Below, piece by piece: positions 1-13,766 of a DNA stretch of 64,000 nt. Each line of letters opens with the position of its first letter. The first letter of the stretch is position 1. The stretch spans positions 110,732,001 to 110,796,000 of the forward strand of contig NC_043000.1 of assembly GCF_006345805.1 (NCBI RefSeq), given 5' to 3'. The notes under the pieces are model-generated. The model did not search any database, was not told the DNA's origin, and worked only from the letters and a program-made list of their open reading frames with translations. The stretch is from Octopus sinensis. Its lineage: Eukaryota. The translations under genes were made by a program, and so were the position numbers.

Positions 1-218
1 TTATTATTTGTTACTATTGTTGTTGTTCACTGTTATCGGTCACGTTTCACAGAGCACTGCATAGGAAATATTTTCTTTCAATACCACCTCCTGAATGGGA
101 GCTCTTCAGAGACGTCTTTATCATCAAAGAACTTTGGAAATGCTGAGCGTCTGCAGCATTTACTGCAGCACAGAAGAAAGATTTTGTCTTTAAACCAATT
201 AAAATTGTTTAGCAAATA

Positions 219-391
219 TGAGTGTGAGCATAGCTGGGCGGCTAAGAAGCTAGCTTTGCAGTCATGTGGTCCTGGGTTCAGTCCCACTGCGTGGCACCTT
301 TGGCAAGTATCTTCGACTGCAACCCTGAAACGATCAATTCTTTTTGAGTGAATTTAGTAAGCGAAAACTTTGTATAAGACCGACGTGTGTT

Positions 392-422
<31 letters not shown>

Positions 423-630
423 ATGTGACTGTTTGTCTGTCCTCACTACACCACCGATTGACAGCCGGTGTTAGTTTGTTCACATCCTCTGAACTTAGTA
501 ATTCGGCGAAAGAGAACAATAAAAGAAATACCAGGCTTTCATAAAGTAAGTACTGGGGGCAATTTGTTCGAATAAACTGTTCAAAGCAGTGTTGCAGCAT
601 GGCCGCGGTCCAATGACTGAAACAAGAAAA
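219..630 (+). mobile_element. tRNA-derived SINE, family B (internal microsatellite), diverged copy
   Basis: Head with B-box-like GGGTTCAGTCCC, then GGCACCTTTGGCAAGT, an internal (GT)n and the tail CAGCATGGCCGCGGTCCAATGACTGAAACAAG shared with many copies in the window. Confidence 0.8.
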
Positions 631-1356
631 GTTTGAAATAGGTATAAAGCAATGAGTTAGCCCAGGGAATCATGAGACTACAGTACAGAGAATTGTTTTT
701 CAGAACAATAGGCCGCCATTATGAATATCTGTATTTGTTGAAACGATGTCAAAAGGAGATTGTTTCTAAACGATTACAAATAAAAGAAACATTTTGATCA
801 GATCAAATAGGTTAGGGACATATTTGATGAGTACAAAGACTGTTTATTTACCATGGAGAACCTTTCTCGCTATAGGCAATAGATGTTGAAAAAACACCAA
901 TGATTATTTCAAGACGCCCTCTCCCGGCAGCCAAGGAGCTAGAAGAGCATTCGTCGTCCTGCTGAGAGATCGCGCTTCGGTATGGCTGTTGTTATTAACA
1001 TCCGTTAAAAGCAAGAAAAGTTCCCTGTGGCAAATAATCAGTAAATAGGTTTATGAACTCGTTGAATACATCCCAAATCTATTGAAACTGATCTAAATGT
1101 TTGTGCCCACTACAATATAATTAAAAGCCATTTGTGAAACTAAATAAAGCTTATGGATATGGTGTTTTATGGAAATGAAATTTAAAATGTGTAAAATAAA
1201 AAAAAAAGTAGAAAGCTGCCGAAAGACAGGAGCCCATATTCCTTGTAAAAATAGCAGGCGTTCAAAAAGAAAATTATTTCACGTTCTTTCGAAGTTTAAA
1301 AAATTCTTATGACGTCAACGACATACAATTCTCGCCGGTAAGAATAAAGTTTCTAT

Positions 1357-1588
1357 GGCGGCGAGCTGGCAGAGTCGTTAGCACACCGGGTGAAATGCTT
1401 AGCAGTATTTCGTCTGTCGCTACGTTCTGAGTTCAAATTCCGCCGAGGTCGACTTTGCCGTTCATCCTTTCGGGGTCGATTAAATAAGTACCAGTTACGC
1501 ACTGAGGTCGATATAATCGACTTAATCCGTTTGTCTGTCCTTGTTTGTCCCCTCTCTGTGTAGTCCCTTGTGGGCAGTAAAGAAATAA
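1357..1588 (+). mobile_element. tRNA-derived SINE, family A, full length with TSD
   Basis: GGCGGCGAGCTGGCAGA head, GAGTTCAAATTCC B-box and TTCATCCTTTCGGGGTCGA body; 18-bp TSD GTAAGAATAAA(G/T)TTTCTA at 1338-1355 and 1589-1606. Confidence 0.92.
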
Positions 1589-2697
1589 GTAAGAATAAAT
1601 TTTCTAAAATGGTGAGGGAAATTCAAAGAATTACTTTGGTCCAATGGTAAAGCATCTCTCATGTTTGCAGGTGATGTGGATTCAGACCCAGTAGGCAGAC
1701 TTGATTTATTACATTTTTTTTTAACATTCAAAGAGTTCTTTATTTTCATCCAATATTTATATGCCGTTATTTATAGCTTATTCTGATTCGAGATCCACTG
1801 TTCTCAAAAAGAAGGTATATATATAGATATGTGTGTGTGTGTGTGTGTTTGTGCATTTATAACAAATGCCATACTGATGCTATAGTTATCGTTCTCCTCT
1901 TCTCTCTCTCTCTACACACACATACACATATACTGCACTTATATATAAATATATGCATCTGTGTGTGTGCAAGTGCATTGTGTGTTACCCATACACATAA
2001 CATACATAACATATAGAGTAACTGGGTGACGAAATGAATCCCACTCGCTGCCGTTATATTATGTCATTCGTTTGCACTGAGTTAAAAGGATTAACCAGTT
2101 TAAATTGGTGAATGATAATAGAAGTTTGACATACTAGTTTCCCCAAAAGCACAAGTAGTCATTAACTTAACCAATTTTCATGGTTTCATTATATCGCTAC
2201 CAATTCTTATCAAGGTCAGGCGTATACAATTACATATATTTCATAAATTAGGTTGTCTTCTTTTTATTTTATTTTCTTTTTGGCAACCAGACCCAAGTAT
2301 GAGACATGGCTATATCGCGTAGGTCTGCTTAACAGGAGTACATATATATATATATATATTGTATTTCTTGCATTGGTCCTTCAGAAGAAGGGAGCGTCGT
2401 AGTTTAGGAAAAAAGAGACAGAAATAAAGAAATAATACATCTGTGTTTGAGCTGTGGTGGTGTCATGGCAGAAAGAGAATCTGCCATTGTGGACAACCTT
2501 CTCATAAAAATATTCAACACAATCATTTTTCAGAAAGCCATTCACATTATTCACGACCAAATATATAATTGCTTTTAATTGTTTTATGCAAGAAAACCCT
2601 AGGATATAGAGAGGCGAAGCGAAAGTGTGTGCGTGGCGCCCGCCCGGGGCAGTGGTCTGTTCCATGCATATATATCTCTATCTGATGCTCACACACA

Positions 2698-2760
<63 letters not shown>

Positions 2761-2773
2761 CACACACACACAC

Positions 2774-2809
<36 letters not shown>

Positions 2810-3077
2810 AGATACATATATAGGGTAGCGAATATTCGTTATAAATATCACCACCGGTGACCTAGCATGTATAAATATAGTCAATAGACAACTTATTAAA
2901 AAATTATAACAGATAATAATGGGAGACGTGTTATCTTGTCTCTGAATTATAAGTTAGTTATTGAGGCCGGTTACTGACAAGAATTCGCCTGGCGGATAAT
3001 ATTGTTTGTTAAATTACCTATTAAAAGGTGGAAGATAATATTATTTGCAAAAGGAATTTGAAACCATTGTATAACAG

Positions 3078-4015
3078 CAAATAAAAATAACAAGGTAAAA
3101 GTTTTTATTTTCCATTCCTTCGAAAATTGCTATTAAATCGTGGTTTTGGCCGCGTTGGCTGCTTCTTCTAGCATGTAAAAAATACCTGTTAAAGGGTAGT
3201 TTTCTTTTGTGTTTAAATGTACACTATTTAAAAATGTTTATATATATATATATATTTATATATATATGTATATATATATATAGAGAGAGAGAGAGTGAGA
3301 GAATGTATATGTGAAATACAACACGACATTGAAGTTTAAACTCAGTCGTATGTCATGAGCCATACCTGCACTCGTGAGCCATACCTGCACTCAGGAGCCA
3401 TACCTGCACTCAGGAGCCATACCTGCACTCATGAGCCATACCTGCACTCATGAGCCAGTAGGCTGTTTGTTCGGCCTTGCCCAGTATCAGCGACACAAGC
3501 CGATATGGCCGTACTTTGCCATTATAGACAAACAGCCACGTCTTGTCTCAACCAGCTGTAATTCTAGTTTGCCGGATTAACTTGTAACTACGCGTGCACC
3601 CCACACCACTACCACATACACACAACCACACTCACTAGCACACATACACACACACACACAGCCACACTCACTAGCACACATGCGCGCACACATTTTTAAT
3701 AGCCGTTTTTATTTAATCCGAGTATTGTTTGATGGAGTGTGGTTGCCATTTTGAAAGCAACGATATATTTTTAAAACGTGTCGATAAATAATATTTGTCC
3801 CAGTAAATGGTGTAAAATGAAACCACGAGGGATTTTCTTCAATGATGAAATGTGTTGGGGGTTTTTCATAAGAATTCCTGGGATGGAGGCAAGTAATATG
3901 ACTCAATGTGTGTGTGTGTGTGTGTGTGTGCCTAGTGAATGGCAAGCCCTTCAGCAATCCCTGTATTATTGGCAATCAACTAATAATGTGTATGTGTGTG
4001 TGTGTAGTTAGATAA

Positions 4016-4048
<33 letters not shown>

Positions 4049-4051
4049 CAT

Positions 4052-4127
<76 letters not shown>

Positions 4128-4130
4128 ATA
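3078..4130. repeat. Tandem segmental duplication, copy 1 (short minisatellite allele)
   Basis: Starts CAAATAAAAATAACAAGGTAAAAG as at 4244 and is colinear with 4244-7573 through the same unique blocks and microsatellites. Confidence 0.93.
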
Positions 4131-4243
4131 GGTAGGTAGGTATATAACTTTTTATTGTGGCCACACAGGGCTAAACACAGAAGAAAAATGGACGAAATAC
4201 AATGTAGAGTTTTTTCTTTTCGAGGTGGGATGGGTGGGACATA

Positions 4244-6974
4244 CAAATAAAAATAACAAGGTAAAAGTTTTTATTTTTCATTCCTTCAAAAATTGCTATT
4301 AAATCGTGGTTTTGGCCGTGTTGGCTGCTTCTTCTAGCATGTAAAAATTACCTGTTAAAAGGTAGTTTTCTTTTGTATTTAATTGCACACTATTTAAAAA
4401 TTTATATATATATATATATATATTTAGAGAGAGAAAGAGAGAGAGAGAGAATGTATATGTGAAATACAACGCGACATTGAAGTTTAAACTCAGTCGTATG
4501 TCATGAGCCATACCTGCACCCGTGACCCATACCTGCACTCATGAGCCATACATGCACTCATGAGCCATATTTTCACTCATGAGCCATAACTGCACTCATG
4601 AGTCATACCTGCACTCATAAGTCATACCTGCACTCATGAGCCATATCTGCACTCATGAGTCATACCTGCACTCATGAGCCATACCTGCACTCATGAGTCA
4701 TACCTGAACTCATGAGCCATACCTGCACTCATGAGTCATACTTGCACTCATGAGCCATATCTGTACTCATGAGCCATACCTGCACTCGTGAGTCATACCT
4801 GCACTCGTGAGTCATAACTGCACTCATGAACCATGCACGCACTCATGAGTCATATCTGCACTCATGAGCCATAGCTGCACTCATGAACCATACCTGCACT
4901 CATGAGACATATCTGAACTCATGAGCCATATCTGCACTCATGAGCTATACCTGCACTCATGAGCCCTATCTGCACTCATGAGGCATACCTGCACTCATGT
5001 GCCATATCTTCACTCGTGTGCCATACCTGCACTCATGAGTCAATCCTGCACTCGTGAGCCATATGTACACTCATGAGTCATACATGCACTCATGAGCCAT
5101 ACCTGCACTCATGAGCCACACCTGGACTCATGAACCATAGCTGCACTAATGAGCCATATCTGTATTCATGAGCCATACCTGCACTCATGAGCCATATCTG
5201 CACTCGTGAGCCATACCTGCACGCATGAGCCATATCTGCACTCATGAGCCATACCTGTATTCATGTGCCTTACCTGCACTCATGAGTCATACCTGAACTC
5301 ATGAGCCATACCTGCACTCATGAACCATACCTGCACTCATGAGCCATATCTGCACTCATAATCCATACCTGCATCATGAGTCATACTTGCACTCGTGAGC
5401 CATAACTGCACACATGAGTCATACCCGAACTCATGAGCTATATCTGCACTCATGAGCCATACCTGCACTCGTGAGCCATACCTGCACTCATGAGCCATAT
5501 TCTGCACTCATGAGTCATATCTGCACTCATGAGCCATAGCTGCACTCATGAACCATACCTGCATTCATGAGGCATATCTGCACTCATAAGTCATGCCTGC
5601 ACTCATGAGCCATACCTGCACTCATGAACCATACCTGCATTCATGAGCCATACCTGCAATCATGAGTCATACCTGCACGCATGAGACATACCGACACTCA
5701 TGAACCATAGCTTTACTCATGAGTCATACCCGCACTCATGAGCCATACCTGCACTCATGAGTCATAACTGCACTCATGAGCCATATCTGCACTCATGAGC
5801 TATACCTGCACTCATGAGCCCTCTCTGCACTCATGAGGCATACCTGCACTCATGAGTCATACCTGCACCCGTGAGCCATATCTTCACTCGTGTGCCATAC
5901 CTGCTCTCATGAGTCAATCCTGCACTCGTGAGCCATATCTGCACTCATGAGCCATATGTGCACTCATGAGCCATACCTGCACTCATGAGCCATACCTGCA
6001 CTCATGAGTCATACCTGCACACATGAGCCATACATGCACTCATGTCATACCTGCACTCATGAGCCACACCTGCACTCATGAGCCATATCTGCACTCATGA
6101 ACCATATCTGCACTCACGAGTCATACCTGGACTCCTGAGTCATACCTGCACTCGTGAGTCATACCTGCACTCATGAGTCATATCTGCACTCATGAGCCAT
6201 ACCTGCACTCATCAGCCATACCTGCAGTCATCAGCCATAGCGGCACTCATCAGCCATGGCTGTACTCAAGTGAAATCCCTGCACTCATAAACGATGCTGC
6301 ACACTTGAGCCATGCCTGCACTAAAGTGTAATGACTGCTTACATGGTCGATAGCTGCACTCATGTCCCGCACCAGCTCTCAAGAGCAACGCCTGCACTAA
6401 TGAGCTATGCTGCACTCATAAGCCATGCGGGTACTCACGTTACATACCTGCACTCATCAGCCATACCTGTATTCAAGAGTAATGCCTGCACTCATCAGCC
6501 ATGCTGGACTCAGGAGCCATAGTTGCACTCAAGTGTAATGTCTGCACTCATCAGCCATGCTGCACTCAGGAGCCATGCTTGCACTCAAGAGTAATGCCTG
6601 CACTCATCAGCCATGCTGCACTCAGGAGCCATGGTTGCACTCAAGAGTAATGTCTGCACTCACGAGCCATGCCCGCACCGAAGAACAATTCCCATTCCCA
6701 ATGGCCATGTTTGCACTCATGAGCCATGCCTGTACCATGGACTAAGGTCACACCCTCATGAGCCATTCCTGCACCAAGTTAGGTAGAATGGGTAGGAGAA
6801 AGTAAGCTGTTTGTTTGGTCTTGCCAAGTTTCAGCGGCGCAAGCCAATATGGCCGTACTTTGCCATTATAGACAGTCAAGTCTTGTCTCAACCAGCTGTA
6901 ATTCGAGTTTGCCGGAGTAACTTGTAACTACGCGTGCACCCCCCCCCTACCACACACACAACCACACTCACTAG

Positions 6975-7027
<53 letters not shown>

Positions 7028-7291
7028 CCACACTCACTAGCACACTTGCGCGCACACATTTTTAATGGCCGTCCTTATTTAATCCGAGTATTGTTTGATG
7101 GAGTGTGGTTGCCATTTTGAAAGCAACGATATATTTTTAAAACGTGTCGATAAATAATATTTGTCCCAGTAAATGGTGCAAAATGAAACCACGAGGGATT
7201 TTCTTCAATGATGAAATGTGTTGGGGGTTTTTCAAAAGAATTCCTGGGATGGAAGCAAGAAATATGACTCAATGTGTGTGTGTGTGTGTGT

Positions 7292-7341
<50 letters not shown>

Positions 7342-7497
7342 TGTGTGTGTGTATCTAGTGAATGGCAAACCCTTCAACAACTGTATTATTGGCAATCAAC
7401 TAATGTGTATGTGTGTGTGTAGTTAAATAGATGGATAGATTGATAAATAGATAGATAGACAGATAGATGGATAGATGGATAGATAGAAAGAAAGAAG

Positions 7498-7573
<76 letters not shown>
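4244..7573. repeat. Tandem segmental duplication, copy 2 (long minisatellite allele)
   Basis: Colinear with 3078-4130 apart from the 2.3-kb minisatellite. Confidence 0.93.
4502..6775. repeat. 19-bp minisatellite, consensus CATGAGCCATACCTGCACT, roughly 120 units
   Basis: Direct tandem repetition with no spacers; homogeneous to about 6210, then degenerate with a 56-bp higher-order trimer at 6481-6648. Confidence 0.97.
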
Positions 7574-7575
<2 letters not shown>

Positions 7576-7606
7576 GTACATATGTATGAATGTATATATA
7601 ATGCAA

Positions 7607-8075
7607 TCCTTTCTACTAGAGGCACAAGGCCTGAAATTTTGGAGGAGGAGACTAATCGATTACATCGACCCCAGTGTTTCACTGGTACTTGATTAGTCGA
7701 CCCTGGAAGGATGAAAAGCAAAGTAGACTTCGGCTGAATTTGAACTCAGAACGTGGCGACGGGGAATGTGTATATAATGTGATATAATATATATGGGAAG
7801 GCGTGTGACCTAGCGTTTAGGGTGTTGCACTCACGATCGCTACGTCGTGGGTTCGACCCTCGGAACAAGCGGTGCGTTGGATTCATTTCCCGTTGCCGCA
7901 GTCCGCTCAGCTGTAAATGGGTAACCCTGAGACGGACTAGCCTCCCAATCAGAGGGAATGACGGCCGTCACGCCCAGCCAGCGGGACGGCATCATTAAAA
8001 AAATTTTAACGATTCAAAGCGCATTGTGACCAGCGATGCACAACAACATTCGATCGTCTGGTCGATCACGTGATA
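7607..8075. mobile_element. SINE family A fragment (minus, ~7607-7760) and SINE family C (plus, ~7796-8075)
   Basis: Reverse-complement A body (GGATGAAAAGCAAAG...TTTGAACTCAGAACG); C head with GGGTTCGACCC and tail GCGCATTGTGACCAGCGATG. Confidence 0.8.
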
Positions 8076-8278
8076 TATACATTATTTGTTCCACCCACCA
8101 GATTGCGGCCATGCTGGGGCACCGCCCTGAAGAATTTTACTCGAACGAATCGACGTCTGTGCTAATATTTTTCTTAAAGCTGGTACTTATTCTATGTCTC
8201 TTTTGCCGAACCGCCAAGTTACGGGGATATAAACACACCATCATCGGTTGTCAAGCGGGTAGTAGTGGACAAGCACAG

Positions 8279-8336
<58 letters not shown>

Positions 8337-9227
8337 ACACACACTCGCACGCACACACACACACACACACTCGCACGCACATATGAACACGCGCGTGCGT
8401 TCAAAACAAAACATACAAGCACACATGCAAAAATACCTCCACCACCAGCGCCGCTACCACCACACACATACATGTTCACGCCTCCCATACGCACATACAT
8501 ACATACATGCCCGCGAACACACACAAATGTGTTTATCTCCACCCCGCATGAGGCGTATCCCTAGTCAGTTACAAACATAGCAAAGATTGGTATTAAATTC
8601 ATCAACAACACTCGGGTTCGTTTAAAATGAAACCAATATCGTCCACGAATGGAAATTTGTAAAACATAGGGCCAGGCTTTCGGGTACTTCGCATCTGGTT
8701 TGAAGATTAAACCAAAATCTAGGTTATTCTTTACACTTCCTACTAAATATCAAATACATTGTGACCAGGATTGGCTGTGTGGTAAGAAGCTTGCTTCTCA
8801 ACCACATAGTTCCGGGTTCAGTTCCACTGCGTGGCACTTTAGGCAAGTGTCTTCTACTATAGCCATTCTGTTGCCATCGGCCGCTTGTTCAACATGTGTC
8901 TTATCACCGAAAAGGTAATTATTTTTCCACGCTTGCTGATATTGTTTTTGTGTCTCTCTTTTTGTCTCAAAGCCGTAGGGCGCCTGTGTCATCCATGTTT
9001 TTAACCGTTACTGTCTCCAAAAAAGATTTTTCGTTTCATGTTCGTCTCTGTTGCGTTGCATTCTTTCCTTCTGTGGCTGGCTGATTCAGAGCGGATCTCA
9101 GAATTAAACAGTCGAAATCTGCGATGAGGGATCAGTTTCTGACTGAAGAACGAAGGCTTTGAATGACCCGTTTGTCTTTTTGTTCGTCCCTTCGTGTATT
9201 TCACGTTATTTATTTATGTAAAGGTTT

Positions 9228-9262
<35 letters not shown>

Positions 9263-9279
9263 GACGCATATATGAGCCG

Positions 9280-9503
9280 CACCAGCCCATATCCTACGCA
9301 AAATACTTTCTATGTAATCTCAAGTTTTAAAACAAATACATAATTTTCTTATGGTTTCTTAAACATGCTCTAGAACAACACTATGTACAAAACCAAATAT
9401 ATGGCACCCTAGGCATAACATGAACTTCTAACTTGTTGTCTCTTGAGGTCTCTGAGTGAGACTTGAAGCCAACTTGTACAAATACAAAGCAAAAGTCAAA
9501 CAT
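9280..9503 (+). mobile_element. 3' end of R4/Dong-like non-LTR retrotransposon
   Basis: Encodes ...AHILRKILSM* (typical R4-clade C-terminus), then a 3' UTR ending in (TAA)n. Confidence 0.7.
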
Positions 9504-9505
9504 AA

Positions 9506-9573
<68 letters not shown>

Positions 9574-10303
9574 GCACAAGACCAAAGCCTCCCCACCAGA
9601 AATTACCAAAAACATGTAATGAAAAGAAATATTACAAGTAACTGCAGAATATGTGGAGATGGACAAGAAACAATAAATCATATTATCTCTAGCTGCCCAG
9701 TCTTGGCTAAGAAGGAATATATTCACAGACATGACAGAGTTGGAACCTACATACATTGGAAGCTATGCCAACATTATGGAATAACAACAGAAAAAAGATG
9801 GTATAGGCACACACCAGAAAAGGTCACAGAAAACGAGAAATCAACCATACTCTGGGATATGCCGATACACACAGATAGATAAATTAAGGCCAACAGACCA
9901 GATATAGTTGTCAGAGATCATGAAAAAAAAATGCTTTCTAATTGATGTATCAATACCGGCTGATGACAACGTGTCTCTAAAAGAAATGGAGAAACTCTCA
10001 AAATACAAAGACCTGGAAATAGAGGTAACTAGAATGTGGAATCTGAAAACAGAAACAATTCCTATCATAGTAGGTGCATTAGGCATGATAAAAAATATTC
10101 AGACAAATACATAACAAAAACACCAGGACTTACAAACACATATAACATACAGAAAATTGCACTACTAGGCACTGCACACATCCTACGCAGAACACTTTCC
10201 ATACGATAACCATCAGAGCATCACAACAAATCACAGCACATACCCAAGGCACACAGAGCTGTGCTCGGTAGTGAAGTGAAAGCACGCTATAAAAATAAAA
10301 CTA

Positions 10304-10307
<4 letters not shown>
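9574..10307 (+). mobile_element. 5'-truncated R4/Dong-like LINE, restriction-like endonuclease domain (disrupted ORF)
   Basis: CCHC knuckle CRICGDGQETINHIISSCP, RHD motif, RPDIV...CFLIDVSIP and KYKDL (PD-(D/E)xK), IPIIVGALG; internal stop and frameshift; (TAA)n on both sides. Confidence 0.93.
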
Positions 10308-10336
<29 letters not shown>

Positions 10337-10358
10337 CATTACTATTATTACTATTATA

Positions 10359-10700
10359 GGGTGGCGAGCTGGCAGAATCGTTAGCACGCCGGTTTTTCGT
10401 CTGTCTTTACGTTCTGAGTTCAAATTTCGTCGAGGTCGACTTTGCCTTTCATCTTTTCGAGGGTAGGGGATCAATAAATTAAGTACCAGTTGCGTACTGG
10501 GGTGGATCTAATCGACTTGCCCACCCCCCAAATTTCGGGCCTTGTGCCTAGAGAAGAAAAGAATCGTTAGCACGCCTGAAGAAATGCATTGCGGTATTTT
10601 CTTCCGGCTGTTTACGTTCTGAGTTCAAATCCCGCCGAGGTTCACTTTGCATTTCATCCTTTTCGGGGTGGATAAAATAAGCATCGGGGTCGATGTAAGT
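10359..10700 (+). mobile_element. Two tandem SINE family A copies
   Basis: Repeated GTTAGCACGCC...GAGTTCAAAT...TTTCATC bodies. Confidence 0.82.
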
Positions 10701-12416
10701 GACAACGTCCCGACAAACGCAAAAAAAATTAAAAAAAAAAAGGAAAGAAAAGAAAATTCAGGCTTTGTGTGTATGGCGGACGAAAATTATCAGCAGCATC
10801 CATTTCCAAGTTTTATTTCTAGATCTACGGCAAATACACAAAATAATAAAAGCGATGCGAGTCAATCCAAATGTGACATTAATAATTTCGAAGAACAAGA
10901 AGCGAAAATATCACTTACAGAAAAAAAAGCAATCGCATTTACAGTAACATGATTCAAATACAATGAGTTTTGTTGCTAATAATGTCCTACAGGAACCATA
11001 AACGAAGAATACCATTCTGTTTTCTAATTGTAGATTATCATGCCGTAGGAATAATCAGTTGGAAATTATTATGTCAAAGTACAGCGCATGATTTTCAAAT
11101 AAATTGTGAAGATTTGCTATCAGTTTGCCTTGTCTAATGTTCCAAGGCAGAAATTAAATTGTTCATCTCCACAGAACACATTCAAATAGACCAGTTTTAA
11201 TAGCGAAATTATTGCCCAGATATAAAATGGCAAATCTGGATATTGTAATGAAACGGCCGATTCTCTTGTTAAATTATACTGCACCTTCAAGTCTAAAGTA
11301 ATTTTTAACGGTTGTTCTGAACGAAATAAGATCATAAAATACTACGGGGGAAGTTTACGAATTCTTGTCCTCGTTTTCCAGATTTTGGTAGAGTCACGTG
11401 ACACTGGAGTTTTTAAATTTTTTTTGCTTTCTTTTGAAACAGAATGGATTTAAAAGGATAAAAAAAATATTACTTAATGTATGAGAAAGTAAAAAAAAAA
11501 AGAGAAAAGAAAAACTACAGCAGTAGCCACAACCACAACAACCACACGAACCATCCGCACTAACTTCTAACCTTGCCACTCACGGCACCATCACTCCGTC
11601 TATCCCCACCAGCGACCCAATTCACCATCAACACCATTCCCACCATCGCCACCACTACCACCACTACTCGTGCTATTAGCATCACCATCATAACCACCGT
11701 CACCACCACCACCACCACCACCACCACCGCCGCCGCCGACGCGACATCCACCACTTGTGTCATTGCAGTTGATGCGGACGTTTCCGTCGTCATCCGTCGT
11801 TGTTTGCTGGTATCTATCGTTGTATTTATGTTTGCGATGTTGATTGTACGACCCTGATTTGAACCTAGCCATGATCAAAAGATTTCCAGCCACGACCATC
11901 CCGCCTATTCTTTTTCTCTTACATCATTTGTCTAATTCCACATTCTCTAATAAAGTCCCGGATGTTATTTTAAAGACTGGGTAGTGATTCAATTGGGTAG
12001 AGTCGTAAGCACATCGGACAAAATGCTTTGCGGCATTTATTCCGGCTGTTTACGTTCTGAGTTCAAGTCCGCCGTGGTCAACTTTGCCTTTAATCGCTTA
12101 GCGGTCAATAAAATCAAGAACCCGTCAATGATTTGGCTCCCCCTCCCCTCAAAACCGCTGACCTTGAACCCTGCAGTGGACCAGTGTCCTGTTCAGGGGG
12201 AATGTTGTGACCTCAGTCCCTTATGGAAACCGGGTAACGGGCCCTGTATGTTCAAGGGCTCCTAGAAAAAAATAACACAAAGTAAAAAAATATTTAATAG
12301 AAATTTGTGTTATTTCTAGCAGGGGGAAAGGACAGCCCCTTAAAAGCAATCCTTGGGGGCAAAAGCTTTTTTTTTTGACACAATGTTGCTGTCTTTCATG
12401 AGAAGAGGAACACACA

Positions 12417-12640
12417 TTGGTTTCAAATTTAGGCACAAGGTCAGCAACTGTGGGACAAGGGGCTAAATCGATTACATCGTCCCCCTCCCCAGTACTCAAC
12501 AGGTACTTATTTTATCGACCTCGAAAAAGTGAAAAGTGAAGTCGACCTCGGCGGAATTTGAACTCAGAACGTGAAAACGGATGAAATGCCGCTAAGCATT
12601 TTATTCGGCGTGCTTACCATTCTGCCCAACTTGCCGCCTT
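12417..12640 (-). mobile_element. SINE family A
   Basis: Reverse complement of head and body (GTCGACCTCGGCGGAATTTGAACTCAGAACG). Confidence 0.85.
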
Positions 12641-13487
12641 AGATGAAGAACACATTACCTGGTTTATTTCCTTTTCACTTTGTCAAAAACTCTAGCGAAC
12701 ACAGAATTTCGCAACCTCCTCCTACGCTAACTTTTTTTCCCATAAAACCTCCAGGATATTCGGCTCACGGTCGTAAGGACGTGAGTTCGATTCCTACTGG
12801 GGGGCGTTGTGTCTTTAAACAAGACACTATTTCATGAGGTAGTGTTTATCCCCACTTAGAACAAACTATACTGTGGTGGACACCACGAGAGAGAAAGTCT
12901 CATATTTGTTTTTTGGTGTAAAATGCAATTTCGTTTCTATCGCTAGCAGGGGAGATAACTCCCGTTATGTTGCTCCAGTCCACTCAGCTGGCAGTAATGA
13001 GTTGAGGCTGTATTTCAAAGGGGCTAGCCCTGTCACATTCGGTGTCACGCTGAATCTGCTCCGAGAACTATGCTAAGGGTACGCGTGTCAGTGGAGTACT
13101 CAGCCACTTGCACGTAAATTTCGTGAGCAGGCTGTTCCGGTGATTGGATCAACTGGAACCATCGTCGTCGCAACCGACGGAGGACCAATTAATTATTAGC
13201 AACATATTTTTACAGGAATAAAAGGAGGGGGGGACATTAAAGGTCCCAAAGACTAAATCATCGAGGAACCCCCACCCCCACAACTAAAGAAAGAAAGAAC
13301 GAAAAGGGTAAAAAGAGGTGGGGTTAAGCAGCAGAAGATGTGGTGGGGAGTGATAGATTGTAGGCCCCAGATCAAGTGGTGTGCTTAGCTGCACCTCACG
13401 GACAAAGGTGTTGCCATGGAGAATAGCCAGAAACACACTCGCTGCAACAATCACCTCACCTCGCGGGACTCATTTTCTCAGACGGGA

Positions 13488-13542
<55 letters not shown>

Positions 13543-13578
13543 GGGATGATGATGATGATGACGATGACGATGATGATG

Positions 13579-13620
<42 letters not shown>

Positions 13621-13660
13621 GTGGTGATGGTGGTGGTGGTGATGATGATGGTGATGGTTG

Positions 13661-13692
<32 letters not shown>

Positions 13693-13728
13693 ATGTTTAT
13701 GGTGATGATGATGATGATGGTGATGGCT

Positions 13729-13766
<38 letters not shown>
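13488..13766. repeat. (GAT/GGT)n microsatellite
   Basis: Direct trinucleotide repeat; source of the poly-Met/Asp/Ile ORFs. Confidence 0.97.

Noticed and set aside
60-120. Hammerhead on the minus strand (CTGAAGA...GAAA)
   Set aside because: No stem II closing next to GAAA and no stem I or III pairing.
4502-6775. CRISPR-like array
   Set aside because: Units are contiguous with no unique spacers, there are no cas genes, and the context is eukaryotic; it is a minisatellite.
10773-10952. Small ORF MADENYQQ...
   Set aside because: No recognisable domain or splice support; the length is expected by chance.
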